Of a DNA stretch of 64,000 bases, positions 28,022-37,712 are shown piece by piece. The stretch spans positions 192,001-256,000 of the forward strand of contig CBDBEV010000001.1 of the NCBI GenBank assembly GCA_965204535.1, read 5' to 3'. This stretch comes from a bacterium (GTDB taxonomy: Bacteria > UBA8248). Below the pieces are notes generated by a model that saw only the letters and a list, made by a program, of their open reading frames with translations, did no database searches and was not told where the DNA came from. The position numbers were made by a program, and so were the translations under genes. The first letter of the stretch is position 1; each line of letters starts with the position of its first letter.

Positions 28022-28420
28022 TTACGCGCCCATCGTGAACACCTTGTCCGCCCGGATGCGGTAGATGACGCGCACCTCGCCCTCCCGGCGGTTCGGATAG
28101 CTGTCCACGCCCAGGTACTTGTTCGCCAGGGCGTCGATGTGCGCATCCGCCCCGTTTTCGGTGAACTCCACCACCGTGCCCTGAATCCCCACATATTTAT
28201 AGGGATTCTCCGGGTCGACGATGGCGATGGACACCTTGGGCCTTGCGCGCATGTTCAAGTCCTTCAGGCGGCCCTTGGCCGAATTGACCTCGATGATGTC
28301 TCCGTTGGTCCCGAACCACACGGGTGAGACCTGCGGGGAGCCGTCCTTGTTCTGCGTGCCCAGATACAGGAGGGCCTTGGTGTCGAGAATGCCGGCATGA
28401 GATTCGGGTATCAGCGCCAT
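28022..28420 (-). CDS. PPOX-class (split beta-barrel) probable F420-dependent oxidoreductase
   Basis: TQNKDGSPQVSPVWF, KDLNMRARPKVSI, DALANKYLG..YP...RVIYRI. Confidence 0.82.
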   Translation of the reverse strand: MALIPESHAGILDTKALLYLGTQNKDGSPQVSPVWFGTNGDIIEVNSAKGRLKDLNMRARPKVSIAIVDPENPYKYVGIQGTVVEFTENGADAHIDALANKYLGVDSYPNRREGEVRVIYRIRADKVFTMGA

Positions 28421-28468
28421 TTTGGGTTCCTCATATGAAAAAGACGGTCGATTCCGCCCGGGATGCGG

Positions 28469-29449
28469 TCATACGCACCTGGGCAAAACCTCTTCGGTGA
28501 ACATTCTGAGAGATTCGTCGAAATCCTGGTTCGGGGGGTCGATCATGATGCTCCTGACCCCGTAGGACTCGATCTCCTGGATGCGGTCGACGCATTCCTC
28601 GGGCGTTCCCGTGATGGTGAAGCGGTCCAGAATGTAGTCGGTGATGAGCGGCACGTGCTTGGGGTCGCGCCAGTTGCTCACGTCGAAGTTGTCCAGAAGA
28701 TGTTTGATTTCGGGCTTGTACGGGTCGGGCACCGAGTCGAGCGTCATGCGGAAGTTATGGTGCGCACGGTTCGCCACCCGCGCCCGCACCTTCTCCCGCG
28801 CGCGTACGCTGTCTGTATCCACCGATACGACCGCGCCGAAAATGATGTCCATCTCGCCGAGTGAGGGGTCGCGATTCGCCATCCCCTCGTTCAGATACTT
28901 CATGACCCAGTCCACCGTCTCCTTGTAGACGCCCGAACCCACGATGACGCCTTCCGCGACTTCGGCCGACATGGCGAGCGTCCTGGGGCCTTCGGCGGAG
29001 GTGTAGATGGGGATATCGCGCGCGCACCACATGTTCACGTTCACGCCTTCTGCGTATTCCACCGTCTCGCCGCGCGTGAAGGCGCGAACCGCCGCGATGG
29101 ACTCGCGCATCCGCGCGAGTCGGGCCATCTTCTTGCCCAGCGTGTAGACGGGCGTATCGCCCGAGCCGATGCCGAAGATCACGCGGCCTCCCGAAAGCTC
29201 GTCGAGCGTGGCGATGGCGCTCGCCGCCACGCTGTCGTCGTGCAGCACCGGATTCGTCACGCCGGGGCCGATTTTCACGTGCGAGGTGTTCTCTATCGCC
29301 AGGGCGAGTGCGATGTTGTGATCCCGGCAGGTGAGGTGGCTCTCCGCTATCCACACCTGCTCGAAACCGTTGTCCTCGGCGTATTTCGAGCGCTCCGCCA
29401 CGACCTGGACGTCATCCGGCACCAAATGAAGACTAAAGCTCATACCCAC
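28469..29449 (-). CDS. LLM-class oxidoreductase, Mer-like (probably F420-dependent)
   Basis: WIAESH, IGPGVTNP, IATLDELSGGRVIFGIGSGD, EGPRTL, GTPEEC. Confidence 0.82.
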   Translation of the reverse strand: MGMSFSLHLVPDDVQVVAERSKYAEDNGFEQVWIAESHLTCRDHNIALALAIENTSHVKIGPGVTNPVLHDDSVAASAIATLDELSGGRVIFGIGSGDTPVYTLGKKMARLARMRESIAAVRAFTRGETVEYAEGVNVNMWCARDIPIYTSAEGPRTLAMSAEVAEGVIVGSGVYKETVDWVMKYLNEGMANRDPSLGEMDIIFGAVVSVDTDSVRAREKVRARVANRAHHNFRMTLDSVPDPYKPEIKHLLDNFDVSNWRDPKHVPLITDYILDRFTITGTPEECVDRIQEIESYGVRSIMIDPPNQDFDESLRMFTEEVLPRCV

Positions 29450-29489
29450 GAAAAAGCGCCTCCTGAATTTTCAGAGAAAAAAGATGTCA

Positions 29490-30560
29490 TCAAGCGTTGT
29501 TTCCATTCGAGCCGACGGGCGCGGTGGCGTTCACCAGCGGCATGACGTCGTTGGCGAAGCTCTCAATCGAGCGCATCACCGAGGCGTGGTCCGGCCCGCG
29601 CCAGGGGGCCAGGATGACGTGATTGACCCCGTACTCATCGCGCAGCCTGCAAATGTCTTCCGCCACGGCCCCCGGATCGGCGATGATGCCGCCGCCCCTG
29701 ACGATCTCGGCGACGTCCAGCTCATAGCTCCAGTTGCGCTTCAAGTGCTTCGCCTCATCCTCGGGCATTTCCACCTCGTTCATCTTCGCCCGGTAGCGCA
29801 GGTACTCGCCCTCGCCCTCCACCGTGAGGTTGAAGTATTCCTCCGCATCCGCCGCGTCGCACACGTGGATATGGTGAACCAGTGGCCTCTCGATTCCGGC
29901 GGGGTCGCCGCCCGATTTTCGGATGGCGTCCTCATACAGCCCGAACTTCTGCTTGTAGACTTCCGGGCCGGTGAAGCCCGCCGAGGCCATCACCTTGAAG
30001 CCGTTCTCGCCCGCATAGGTGTAGGTTTCGGGGCTCGTTCCCGCCAGCCAGATGGGGGGCCTGGGCTTTTGGAGGGGCTTGGGGAAGATTTCCACGTCCG
30101 CGCACTGATGATACCGGCCCTGGAACGTCACCTTCTGCCCTTCGAGGAGGCGGGAGAGAATGTGGAGTCCCTCTTTTAAGCGCTCGCGGCTTTCAGACGG
30201 TTTTGCACCGAACCCCTGGAACTCCTTGGGCTGGGAGCCGCGCCCGATGCCCAGCTCCAGCCTGCCGCCGCTTAAGAGATCGACCATGGCGGCCTGCTCG
30301 GCCAGCCGGATGGGATCGTGGAACGACATGATGGAAATGGCCGTGCCCAGGTGAATTTTTTTTGTCTTTTGCGCGACTGCGGCGCAGATGAGGAGAGGGT
30401 CGGGGATCATCCCGACGCGGGAGAAGTGATGCTCGGCGTACCATACGCAAGCGTAGCCCAACTCGTCCGCCAGTATGCTTTCCGTGATCATATCCTCATG
30501 GACCTGGGTCTCGGTCATGTCTTCGGGACGATACAGGATGTAGAACAGCGAAAATTCCAT
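29490..30560 (-). CDS. Luciferase-like (LLM) monooxygenase, paralog of 26919-27974
   Basis: AEHHFSRVGM, GRGSQPKEFQGF, PPIWLAGTSPETY and LKRNWSY shared with the paralog. Confidence 0.9.
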   Translation of the reverse strand: MEFSLFYILYRPEDMTETQVHEDMITESILADELGYACVWYAEHHFSRVGMIPDPLLICAAVAQKTKKIHLGTAISIMSFHDPIRLAEQAAMVDLLSGGRLELGIGRGSQPKEFQGFGAKPSESRERLKEGLHILSRLLEGQKVTFQGRYHQCADVEIFPKPLQKPRPPIWLAGTSPETYTYAGENGFKVMASAGFTGPEVYKQKFGLYEDAIRKSGGDPAGIERPLVHHIHVCDAADAEEYFNLTVEGEGEYLRYRAKMNEVEMPEDEAKHLKRNWSYELDVAEIVRGGGIIADPGAVAEDICRLRDEYGVNHVILAPWRGPDHASVMRSIESFANDVMPLVNATAPVGSNGNNA

Positions 30561-30821
30561 TCAAAACCCTCGATTCCAGTGGCGGAGCCTGCCCTTCACC
30601 GTCACTCAGATGCCGAAAATGGGCATCCGGCACATAATGATGAAACAAGCCTGTGAGATTTTCCGTACCCAAGGTTGGCGGTTATAATGCCGACATAAAC
30701 GCAGCAGCGTCAAGGTTGAGCGCCATGTTTGTAGATTTCTCGCAATGAGCCGTTCACGTCTCAGGGAAACGCATTCAGCCTCATCTCGCCCGGCGCAAAA
30801 ATTCTTTTTGACGGGGTCATT

Positions 30822-31580
30822 TTGAGTCCTCTGGTATTCATCCTGGTTTTTTGCGCCGCATTCGTCGGCTCGGGTCTCAAGGCGGTGGGCGGGTTCGGCT
30901 TCGCCACCCTGACGACGCCCACCGTGGCCATCTTCTGGGATCTGCCGACGGCCATCGCCGTCATCTCCATCCCCACCCTGTGCACGAGCCTCATGAACGC
31001 CTGGCGGACGCGCGCCGCCGTCCACGAGGGCTTGAGACCCTTCATCCCCTTCTTCTCGATGAGCCTGGTGGGCCTGGCCGCCGGCCTCACGATCCTCCTG
31101 AACACCGACCCGCGCCTGATGAAATTCATCCTGGGCGCCTTCATCATATGCCAGATCGTCTGGCAATGGCTCCAGCCCGAGAAACCCGCTCCCGAGGATT
31201 CCCTCAAGCGATCCCTGGGCATGGGAGCGGTCGCAGGGCTGATGCTGGGCACCATCAACATCCCCTCCCACGTCATCGCCTCCTATCTCACGGGAATGAA
31301 AATCTCCAAGGAGCGATACCTGTTCGTGCTGAGCGCGAGCCAGGTCGTGCTCAGGGTCGCGGCCATCGCCTCCATCGCGGCGGCGGGCTACATCGGCGCG
31401 ACGGCCCTGTGGCTCATCCTCATCCTGACAACGCCCGTGCTGCTCGGCTTTTTCGTGGGCACGAAGATATACAACATTTTTACGGACCAGGCGTTCTTCC
31501 GTATCGTCACGCTCATCCTGTTCATCATGGGGGGTATTCTCGTGGTGATGAACTTCGAGGGGCTTGCCGCCATTTTCTGA
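30822..31580 (+). CDS. TauE/SafE (TSUP) family exporter
   Basis: About 8 TM helices, GGFGFA near the N-terminus, GFFVGTKI...FFRIV; TTG start. Confidence 0.78.
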   Translation: MSPLVFILVFCAAFVGSGLKAVGGFGFATLTTPTVAIFWDLPTAIAVISIPTLCTSLMNAWRTRAAVHEGLRPFIPFFSMSLVGLAAGLTILLNTDPRLMKFILGAFIICQIVWQWLQPEKPAPEDSLKRSLGMGAVAGLMLGTINIPSHVIASYLTGMKISKERYLFVLSASQVVLRVAAIASIAAAGYIGATALWLILILTTPVLLGFFVGTKIYNIFTDQAFFRIVTLILFIMGGILVVMNFEGLAAIF

Positions 31581-31712
31581 TTTTGGCGAAACGAATCGAG
31601 TAGCCCAGCGGAATTGACGGGGGGGAATCATCTGCGCTATTTTTCGGATTCATCGCAAAAAACAAAAAAGTGAAATCAACATCTATCAGATATCTCATAA
31701 GGACCGAACAAC

Positions 31713-32465
31713 ATGCCGGTGAAAGTAAGCATCAAGAATCTGCACATGGAATACTACCTGAAGGACAGGAAGGTTCACGCCTTAAAGGACATCAACCTCG
31801 ACATTCAGGACGGCGAGTTCCTCTGCGTCGTGGGGCTTTCCGGGTGCGGGAAGACCACGCTGCTGAACATCCTGGCCGGATTCCTGAATCATACGGCCGG
31901 CTCCATTCTGCTCGACGGCGACGCGATTTCGGCTGCGGGCCGCATGAACCGCGGCGTCGTGTTCCAGGAATACGCGCTTTTCCCGTGGCGCACCGCGCTC
32001 AGGAACGTCGAGTTCGGCCTCGAGATGAAAGGCCTGAGCAAGGAGGAACGCACGCAGAAAGCGCAGCAATTTCTCGAACTCGTCCACCTCGAAAAGTTCA
32101 CCCACCTCTATCCCCACAACTTATCGGGCGGCATGAAGCAGCGCGTGGCCGTGGCGCGGGCGTACGCCTACGAGCCCCAGTTCATGCTGATGGACGAGCC
32201 CTTCGGCGCGCTCGACGCGCAGACGCGCGAGAACCTCCAGTCGCTGACGGTCGAGGTGTGGGAGAAAACGAAAAAGACCATCTTCTACGTCACGCACAAC
32301 CTGAGCGAAGCGGTCTACCTCGCCGACAGGATCGTCGTTCTCGCGGGCCAGCCGGGGGTGATTCACAAGGAGATCATCGTGGACGTGCCGCGCCCCCGGG
32401 ACCCCTTCGACCCGAGGGTGATCGAACTCGAACACATGGCGACCGAAGCGGTGCGCGGCAACTAG
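31713..32465 (+). CDS. ABC transporter ATP-binding protein (TauB/SsuB/NrtD type)
   Basis: GLSGCGKTT, VFQEYALFPW, LSGGMKQR, MDEPFGALDAQTR. TTGACG-18-TATTTT promoter-like site at 31614-31643. Confidence 0.92.
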   Translation: MPVKVSIKNLHMEYYLKDRKVHALKDINLDIQDGEFLCVVGLSGCGKTTLLNILAGFLNHTAGSILLDGDAISAAGRMNRGVVFQEYALFPWRTALRNVEFGLEMKGLSKEERTQKAQQFLELVHLEKFTHLYPHNLSGGMKQRVAVARAYAYEPQFMLMDEPFGALDAQTRENLQSLTVEVWEKTKKTIFYVTHNLSEAVYLADRIVVLAGQPGVIHKEIIVDVPRPRDPFDPRVIELEHMATEAVRGN

Positions 32466-32493
32466 CACCGCCTCCGCATTAGAAACCACAAAC

Positions 32494-32533
32494 AAAAAAG
32501 GCCGGCCCCAGGCGGGAGCCGGCCTTATCTTTT
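32494..32533. terminator. Bidirectional terminator-like hairpin
   Basis: A-run, AAGGCCGGC / GCCGGCCTT stem, T-rich tail, between convergent genes. Confidence 0.7.
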
Positions 32534-32552
32534 GGTCTGTCGGTTTTAACCG

Positions 32553-33425
32553 TTACTGGCGCTGGCCGCCGACCTCTTCCATCATGCCCCACTTGACGAC
32601 GGTCACCTTTTCGAACTTCTCGAAGATGAACTTCTCCATCACGAAGCCGACCAGGGCGATGGCCGCGATTCCCACCAGCATGAAGGCGGTGTCCAAATCC
32701 TCGCGGCTGTCGAAGATGGCGTAGCCCAGGCCCCAGTCACTCGCGGCCACCATCTCACCTGCGATACCGGCGCGCCATGCGCGCGCCAGGCCGATGCGGA
32801 TGCCCGAGAGGATGAAGGGCAGCGAACCGGGGAAAATCACCTTCCAGAACAGGGTCATCCCCTCGGCGTTCATCGACTGCGCCGCGCGTATCCATATCGG
32901 ATTGATGGTCTTCACCCCCGTCCAGGTGGAGGAGATGGCCGGAAGTGCGGCGGCGAACGCGGTGATGAAGATCATGGTCGTGTTGCCGAGGCCGAACCAC
33001 AGAACGAGAATCGGGCTCCAGGCCAGGGCCGGAATGGGCAGGAGCATGCTCAGGATGGGGATCATGAACTTCTCGAACCATCCGATGCGGCCCATGGCGA
33101 TGCCGATGGCGATTCCCACGAAGCCGGCGATGATCATTCCCACCATGATCCGCCAGGCGGTGTGGTAGGAGTGCACGCACAAGACGCACATGGTCTCGCC
33201 GGACTTCAGGAAGGTGACCTCATAAAAACGGTGGACTATGGGAAAGACGCGCGGAAACAGCGCGGGTTCGCTCACGTACCAGGCGATGCACTCCCATATC
33301 ACGAGCACCGCAATAAAACTCGGGACGTTGTCCTTGATCCACATCCAGAATCTTTCCTGCTTCGTGTACTCGTCAGGCAGTTTTACGTCATCTCTTCTGA
33401 CTTCATCCGTTGCCGTGGCCATCAA
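32553..33425 (-). CDS. ABC transporter permease (TauC/SsuC type)
   Basis: PIPALAWSPILVLWFGLG, AAQSMNA (EAA loop), PGSLPFILSGIRIG, AGEMVA. Confidence 0.9.
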   Translation of the reverse strand: MMATATDEVRRDDVKLPDEYTKQERFWMWIKDNVPSFIAVLVIWECIAWYVSEPALFPRVFPIVHRFYEVTFLKSGETMCVLCVHSYHTAWRIMVGMIIAGFVGIAIGIAMGRIGWFEKFMIPILSMLLPIPALAWSPILVLWFGLGNTTMIFITAFAAALPAISSTWTGVKTINPIWIRAAQSMNAEGMTLFWKVIFPGSLPFILSGIRIGLARAWRAGIAGEMVAASDWGLGYAIFDSREDLDTAFMLVGIAAIALVGFVMEKFIFEKFEKVTVVKWGMMEEVGGQRQ

Positions 33426-33668
33426 CAGCCTCCCAAATCATGCGAATTTCAAAACATAGCGTATGCAATGCGCCCATGGCCGAAACCATGGAATTATCCG
33501 TCTATTCTAAGTGGTTCATTGCGGCTTAGGTCTAATTTGCGGGCATTCTTGCAAAATTGCTTTCTCAAGTCAAAATCATCGGGCAAAGATTTTCTCGTTT
33601 TCGAATCATGGAATTTCTCGCGCGCTCATCGACTCGAACTGCTTTGCCTGCCAAGGCCGATTATCGCT

Positions 33669-34103
33669 TTATTCGGGGCCTTTTTCTGCAATATCACGGA
33701 ACCGGGCGGCCACACCCGCATCCGCGCCCTCGCCGATGTAGGCGCCATAAGAGGAATCGTCCTCGGCGACGCCCTCGATCTGCCAGGTCGTATCCTTCGC
33801 CACGATGAAGATGACGTCCTCATCGTCCGTGGCCACCATGCTGTGGAGGGAATTCGCCGGTATGTGGATAATGCCTCCCGCTCCGACCGTTTTCCGCTCG
33901 CCGTCGATCATCGCCTGCAGGCTGCCCTGCTGAACGAAGATGAACTGCTCGTTGGGGTGGCGGTGCGGCCTGCTCCCCGTGCCGGCGGGCTTGTTGATGA
34001 CGCCGAAAATGACGCGCTCACCGTCCACCCACACGCCCTCGGAGGTGCTGTAGCTCGCCCCCGCCAGTTTTTGCTCCATCGTCTTGGGATCGTAAAAAGG
34101 CAT
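33669..34103 (-). CDS. Cupin-domain protein
   Basis: PHRHPNEQ...G.L...IHIPANSLH. Confidence 0.85.
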   Translation of the reverse strand: MPFYDPKTMEQKLAGASYSTSEGVWVDGERVIFGVINKPAGTGSRPHRHPNEQFIFVQQGSLQAMIDGERKTVGAGGIIHIPANSLHSMVATDDEDVIFIVAKDTTWQIEGVAEDDSSYGAYIGEGADAGVAARFRDIAEKGPE

Positions 34104-34171
34104 CTTCTTGCGTTTCCTCCAATCTGTCCTTCAAAGGTTCATAGATAAATTCCACGCTTACGCGCGCTTGA

Positions 34172-35191
34172 TCATATCTCCCGGTATTCGGTGGCGACGG
34201 CGAAACCCTTGTTGCCAACCTCGAACGGCCCGCTGCACCTGCTGAAAAAGAGCACGCCGTCGGCGGGGCTGCGAAGCTCCTCGACCACTTCGAGGCTGAA
34301 AGGGTCGAGCATCTCGCCCAGAAGCTCCCCTTCGCTCACCTTGGCGCCCAGGTCTGCGAAATGCGTTTTCCGCGAGATGAGGTATCCGCCACTGGAGGGA
34401 TTCGCCTCGGCGCGGTGGGCGAAATCGAAATAGGTGATTTTCTCTCTCTTCTCTTCCCCCGGGAGCATCCCCAGATGAACGAGGAGGTTCAAGAAACCTT
34501 GTTCGAGATCGTTGCGATAAAGGTTCTCCTCGCATTCGGGCAGATAGGCGCCGCCAATCTCCACGCTGATGGTCGGTATCTTCTGCGTCAGCGCATAGCC
34601 CGAAGCGCTCGACGTGCTGAAGGGCACGCCGTGCACCAGCGCAGCGCCCCCGCTGGCAAAAGCAATCGCCATCTCGCGCGATTTTTCGCCGAGCGCGCCC
34701 TCATAGTCCGGGTCCATATCGACGCGCCTCTGGATTCTCCCGGCCGCCCCGCCGGAATGAAACTCCACGAGATAATCCGCGCGTTCGATCAGGGTTTCAC
34801 GTATCTTGTGCGCGTAGCGCTGCGTGAGCGTCCCCTTGGCGGAACCCGGAAAAGCGCCCCAAAGGTTCGTCTGCTCGTGCTGATCCGGCGATTGGCGCGA
34901 AAAATTCGCAAAGGCGAAAGGATTCGCCACCGGAACGAGAAGAAGAGCGCCGCTCAACTGCGCGCGATCGATTTGCGCCAGCACGTTTTGAAACGCGCGA
35001 ATGGGCTGCGGCTCATCCCCATGGACGCAAGCCAAAACGGAGAGAGTGGGGCCGGGCTTCGCCCCTCTCACGCAATGAATGGGCAGACCCGTCTCCGAGC
35101 CGGTGAGCATCCGCGCCACCGGGATTTTCACGTATTCATAGGAGCCTGCGGCTATCGCCACGCCCCCGATTTCCCAAGAATCCGTGCTCAC
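34172..35191 (-). CDS. Succinylglutamate desuccinylase / aspartoacylase (M14-like) family protein
   Basis: PGPTL..LACVHGDE, PVANP, FPG, EFHSGG, VEIGG, lipoyl-like C-terminus. GTG start at 35191. Confidence 0.82.
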   Translation of the reverse strand: MSTDSWEIGGVAIAAGSYEYVKIPVARMLTGSETGLPIHCVRGAKPGPTLSVLACVHGDEPQPIRAFQNVLAQIDRAQLSGALLLVPVANPFAFANFSRQSPDQHEQTNLWGAFPGSAKGTLTQRYAHKIRETLIERADYLVEFHSGGAAGRIQRRVDMDPDYEGALGEKSREMAIAFASGGAALVHGVPFSTSSASGYALTQKIPTISVEIGGAYLPECEENLYRNDLEQGFLNLLVHLGMLPGEEKREKITYFDFAHRAEANPSSGGYLISRKTHFADLGAKVSEGELLGEMLDPFSLEVVEELRSPADGVLFFSRCSGPFEVGNKGFAVATEYREI

Positions 35192-35193
35192 CC

Positions 35194-36195
35194 TCAGTGC
35201 CCCCTGATCTCGGAAACATCCACCACGCGCCCGCTTTTGGCGCTCTCGACGATCGATTCCAGAACGGCCACGACTTCCCGCGCTGCCGCCCCGTCCGTCT
35301 CGGGTGTGGCCTCGCCCCGGATGCACTTGCCGAATTCCTGTATCTCTTCTGCGAGCGCATCTCCGCCGTCCACGGAAAGCTCGTTCCTCTGGTTTTCGTC
35401 TTTTTTCTGGAGATACAGCCGCTCGCCCTCGTCTTCGCTCCATGCGGAGGCTTCGGTGCCGTGGGCCGACGTCGTGCATTGCTTGGAGGTGACGTAGCAG
35501 GTGGTGATGTAGCCGAGCGGGCCGCTCTCGTATTCGAGGATGATGTTCGTCACGTCATCCAGATTGCCCGCGGCGAACAGTTGTTTGCTGAACGCGCTCA
35601 CCCGCTTCGCGGGGCCGGCCAGGTACTGGAGATTGTCCACCATGTGGACGCCCAGCCCCGTCATGCCCCCCGCCGGGCATTCCGCCGGGTCGTTCCGCCA
35701 GCCGCTTCTCGGGTTTTGGCCGTTGGGATTCGAGAGGTTCGCCTCCAGCGCGTGAACCATCCCGAGCGCGCCTTCGTCTATCATCGCGCGTATCCGGCGG
35801 TTCGCGCCCTGTCGCCTCCTGTGGTGTCCGATCAGGAGCGTAACGCCCGCTTTTTCAGTGGCGTCGATGCACTTGTCCGCATCGGCCACCGTCAGGGTGA
35901 GCGGCTTTTCGACGAAGACGTGCTTGCCCGCCGATGCCGCCTGCGTGATCAGGTCCGTATGCGTGGAATGGGGCGTGGCGATGAGAATGCCCTCTACCTC
36001 GTCATCTTTCAGCACTTCTTCAAAAGACGCCGCCGGGCGGCAACCGAATTTCTCCGCAAACTCCTCGCGCGAGGACTCGGTTCTCGTGAAACACCGGGTA
36101 ATTTCCACGTTCCCCGCTCTTTTCGCGGCATTCGCCAGCATGGTTCCCCAGTTGGCCAGGCCGATGGACGCCAACCGTACTTTTTCATTCGCCAT
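35194..36195 (-). CDS. Gfo/Idh/MocA-family oxidoreductase
   Basis: IATPHSTH, GKHVFVEKP, GHHRR, GVHMVD. Confidence 0.88.
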   Translation of the reverse strand: MANEKVRLASIGLANWGTMLANAAKRAGNVEITRCFTRTESSREEFAEKFGCRPAASFEEVLKDDEVEGILIATPHSTHTDLITQAASAGKHVFVEKPLTLTVADADKCIDATEKAGVTLLIGHHRRRQGANRRIRAMIDEGALGMVHALEANLSNPNGQNPRSGWRNDPAECPAGGMTGLGVHMVDNLQYLAGPAKRVSAFSKQLFAAGNLDDVTNIILEYESGPLGYITTCYVTSKQCTTSAHGTEASAWSEDEGERLYLQKKDENQRNELSVDGGDALAEEIQEFGKCIRGEATPETDGAAAREVVAVLESIVESAKSGRVVDVSEIRGH

Positions 36196-36440
36196 AACAA
36201 CCCCCAGTAAGTTTGATATACGCCGTTAAGAATCCACGTTTGCGCCCACCGCCAGCAAACGCCGGGAGACGCGTCATTTTTTATCGATCATAAATTGTCA
36301 GACGCGACGGGAAAGGGTAACATTCGCGCCTTGGGTTCAACAAACCTGACAACAATAATTTTTTGATTCCAGGCGACGCATTGCCTTGAATCACCAAAAC
36401 CCCTGAACGGATTATTTCGTCAAAAAAAGGAGTTTATCGG

Positions 36441-37268
36441 ATGTCGTTTCATCGTTTCGAGGAAATCGAGAAAAAAGCCCTCTCGCCCCATCTCTCCTCA
36501 GGACAAGGCGCCATCGTCGAGGGGGAATTCATGTATTTCTGCCGTGTAAGCAAGGTGGCCGGCACGGGATCCCAGATCCATTACCACCCCAACGAACTCA
36601 TGATTTTCCCCGTCAGCGGAAAAATCAACGCGCTCGTCGGAAAGGACAGAAGGGTCGTCACTCCGGGCACCTTCGTTCACGTGCCCGCGTTTGCGCAACA
36701 CCAGATGATCGCCACCGAAGACGGCGATATGGAATACCTCTACGTGAAGGATCGCTCCTGGACGGTCGTGGGTCTGGACAGGGACCAGGTCGTGCCGGAC
36801 AAGGCGCCCAGCGTCGATGAAATCAACGAAATGTACGAGGACGGCTCCACCGAAGAGTTCGAAAAAGACGCCTCCAAGGCGCAGATCATCGTCGATGGCC
36901 TGAACAACTCCTATTACCCGATACTCCCCTCTCTCGACGCTCCCGCCTCTTCGGGACGCCACACCGTGTGGATCGAAGGCGGGCGCCTCGCGTTCGGCTA
37001 CGGCGAAATACCCGAGGGCTTCGAAGGTGAAACCACCGAGAACGCGCACGAGCAGTTCATCTACGTCCTGAAGGGAGTCATCGACGCCCAGGTGGATGAT
37101 GAGCGGCAAGCGTCGGGCCCCGGCTCCATCATCCACATCCCCAAAGGCTCGAAGCAAAACCTCTCCACGCAAAGCGGCCAGCATGCGCGCTACGCGTCGG
37201 TGCGGGCCATGCCGAAGCTCGAGGAAATGCTGAGAGAACAGGCGGCGGCCTCGGCCGCGCAAGGCTAA
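36441..37268 (+). CDS. Bicupin (two cupin domains)
   Basis: IHYHPNE...VHVPAFAQH in domain 1; NAHEQFIYV...IHIPKG in domain 2. Confidence 0.8.
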   Translation: MSFHRFEEIEKKALSPHLSSGQGAIVEGEFMYFCRVSKVAGTGSQIHYHPNELMIFPVSGKINALVGKDRRVVTPGTFVHVPAFAQHQMIATEDGDMEYLYVKDRSWTVVGLDRDQVVPDKAPSVDEINEMYEDGSTEEFEKDASKAQIIVDGLNNSYYPILPSLDAPASSGRHTVWIEGGRLAFGYGEIPEGFEGETTENAHEQFIYVLKGVIDAQVDDERQASGPGSIIHIPKGSKQNLSTQSGQHARYASVRAMPKLEEMLREQAAASAAQG

Positions 37269-37285
37269 AACGGGGCGAATCCTGG

Positions 37286-37684
37286 ATGGCGAAACACCTG
37301 GTGTGCAAAATATCGGACTTGCCCCCCGGCGCGCGGAAGATAGTCGAGGTCGAGGGCCGCTCCATCGGTGTGTTCAACATCAAGGATTCCCTGTACGCGG
37401 TCAGGAACTCCTGCCCGCACCAGGGCGCGCCGCTTTGCCTGGGCAAGGTCAAGGGGACGATGAAGTCCTCCAGGCCCCACAGCTACGAATACGTGATGGA
37501 CGAGCAGGTTCTCGTGTGCCCATGGCACTGCTGGGAGTTCGACATCACGAACGGGCGCTCGGTCTTCAACCCCCACAGGATGCGCGTCAAAACCTATGAG
37601 GTGACGCTCGAGGCGGAAGAAGACCCCTCCATCGAAACGTATGAGGTCACGCTCGAAAAAGACCTGGTGATGCTGCACGTGTGA
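37286..37684 (+). CDS. Rieske [2Fe-2S] ferredoxin
   Basis: CPHQGAPL...CPWHCWEFD; duplicated C-terminal TYEVTLE. Confidence 0.9.
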   Translation: MAKHLVCKISDLPPGARKIVEVEGRSIGVFNIKDSLYAVRNSCPHQGAPLCLGKVKGTMKSSRPHSYEYVMDEQVLVCPWHCWEFDITNGRSVFNPHRMRVKTYEVTLEAEEDPSIETYEVTLEKDLVMLHV

Positions 37685-37712
37685 TCCCCCGCCATTGGAG
37701 CCGAGAGCACGA

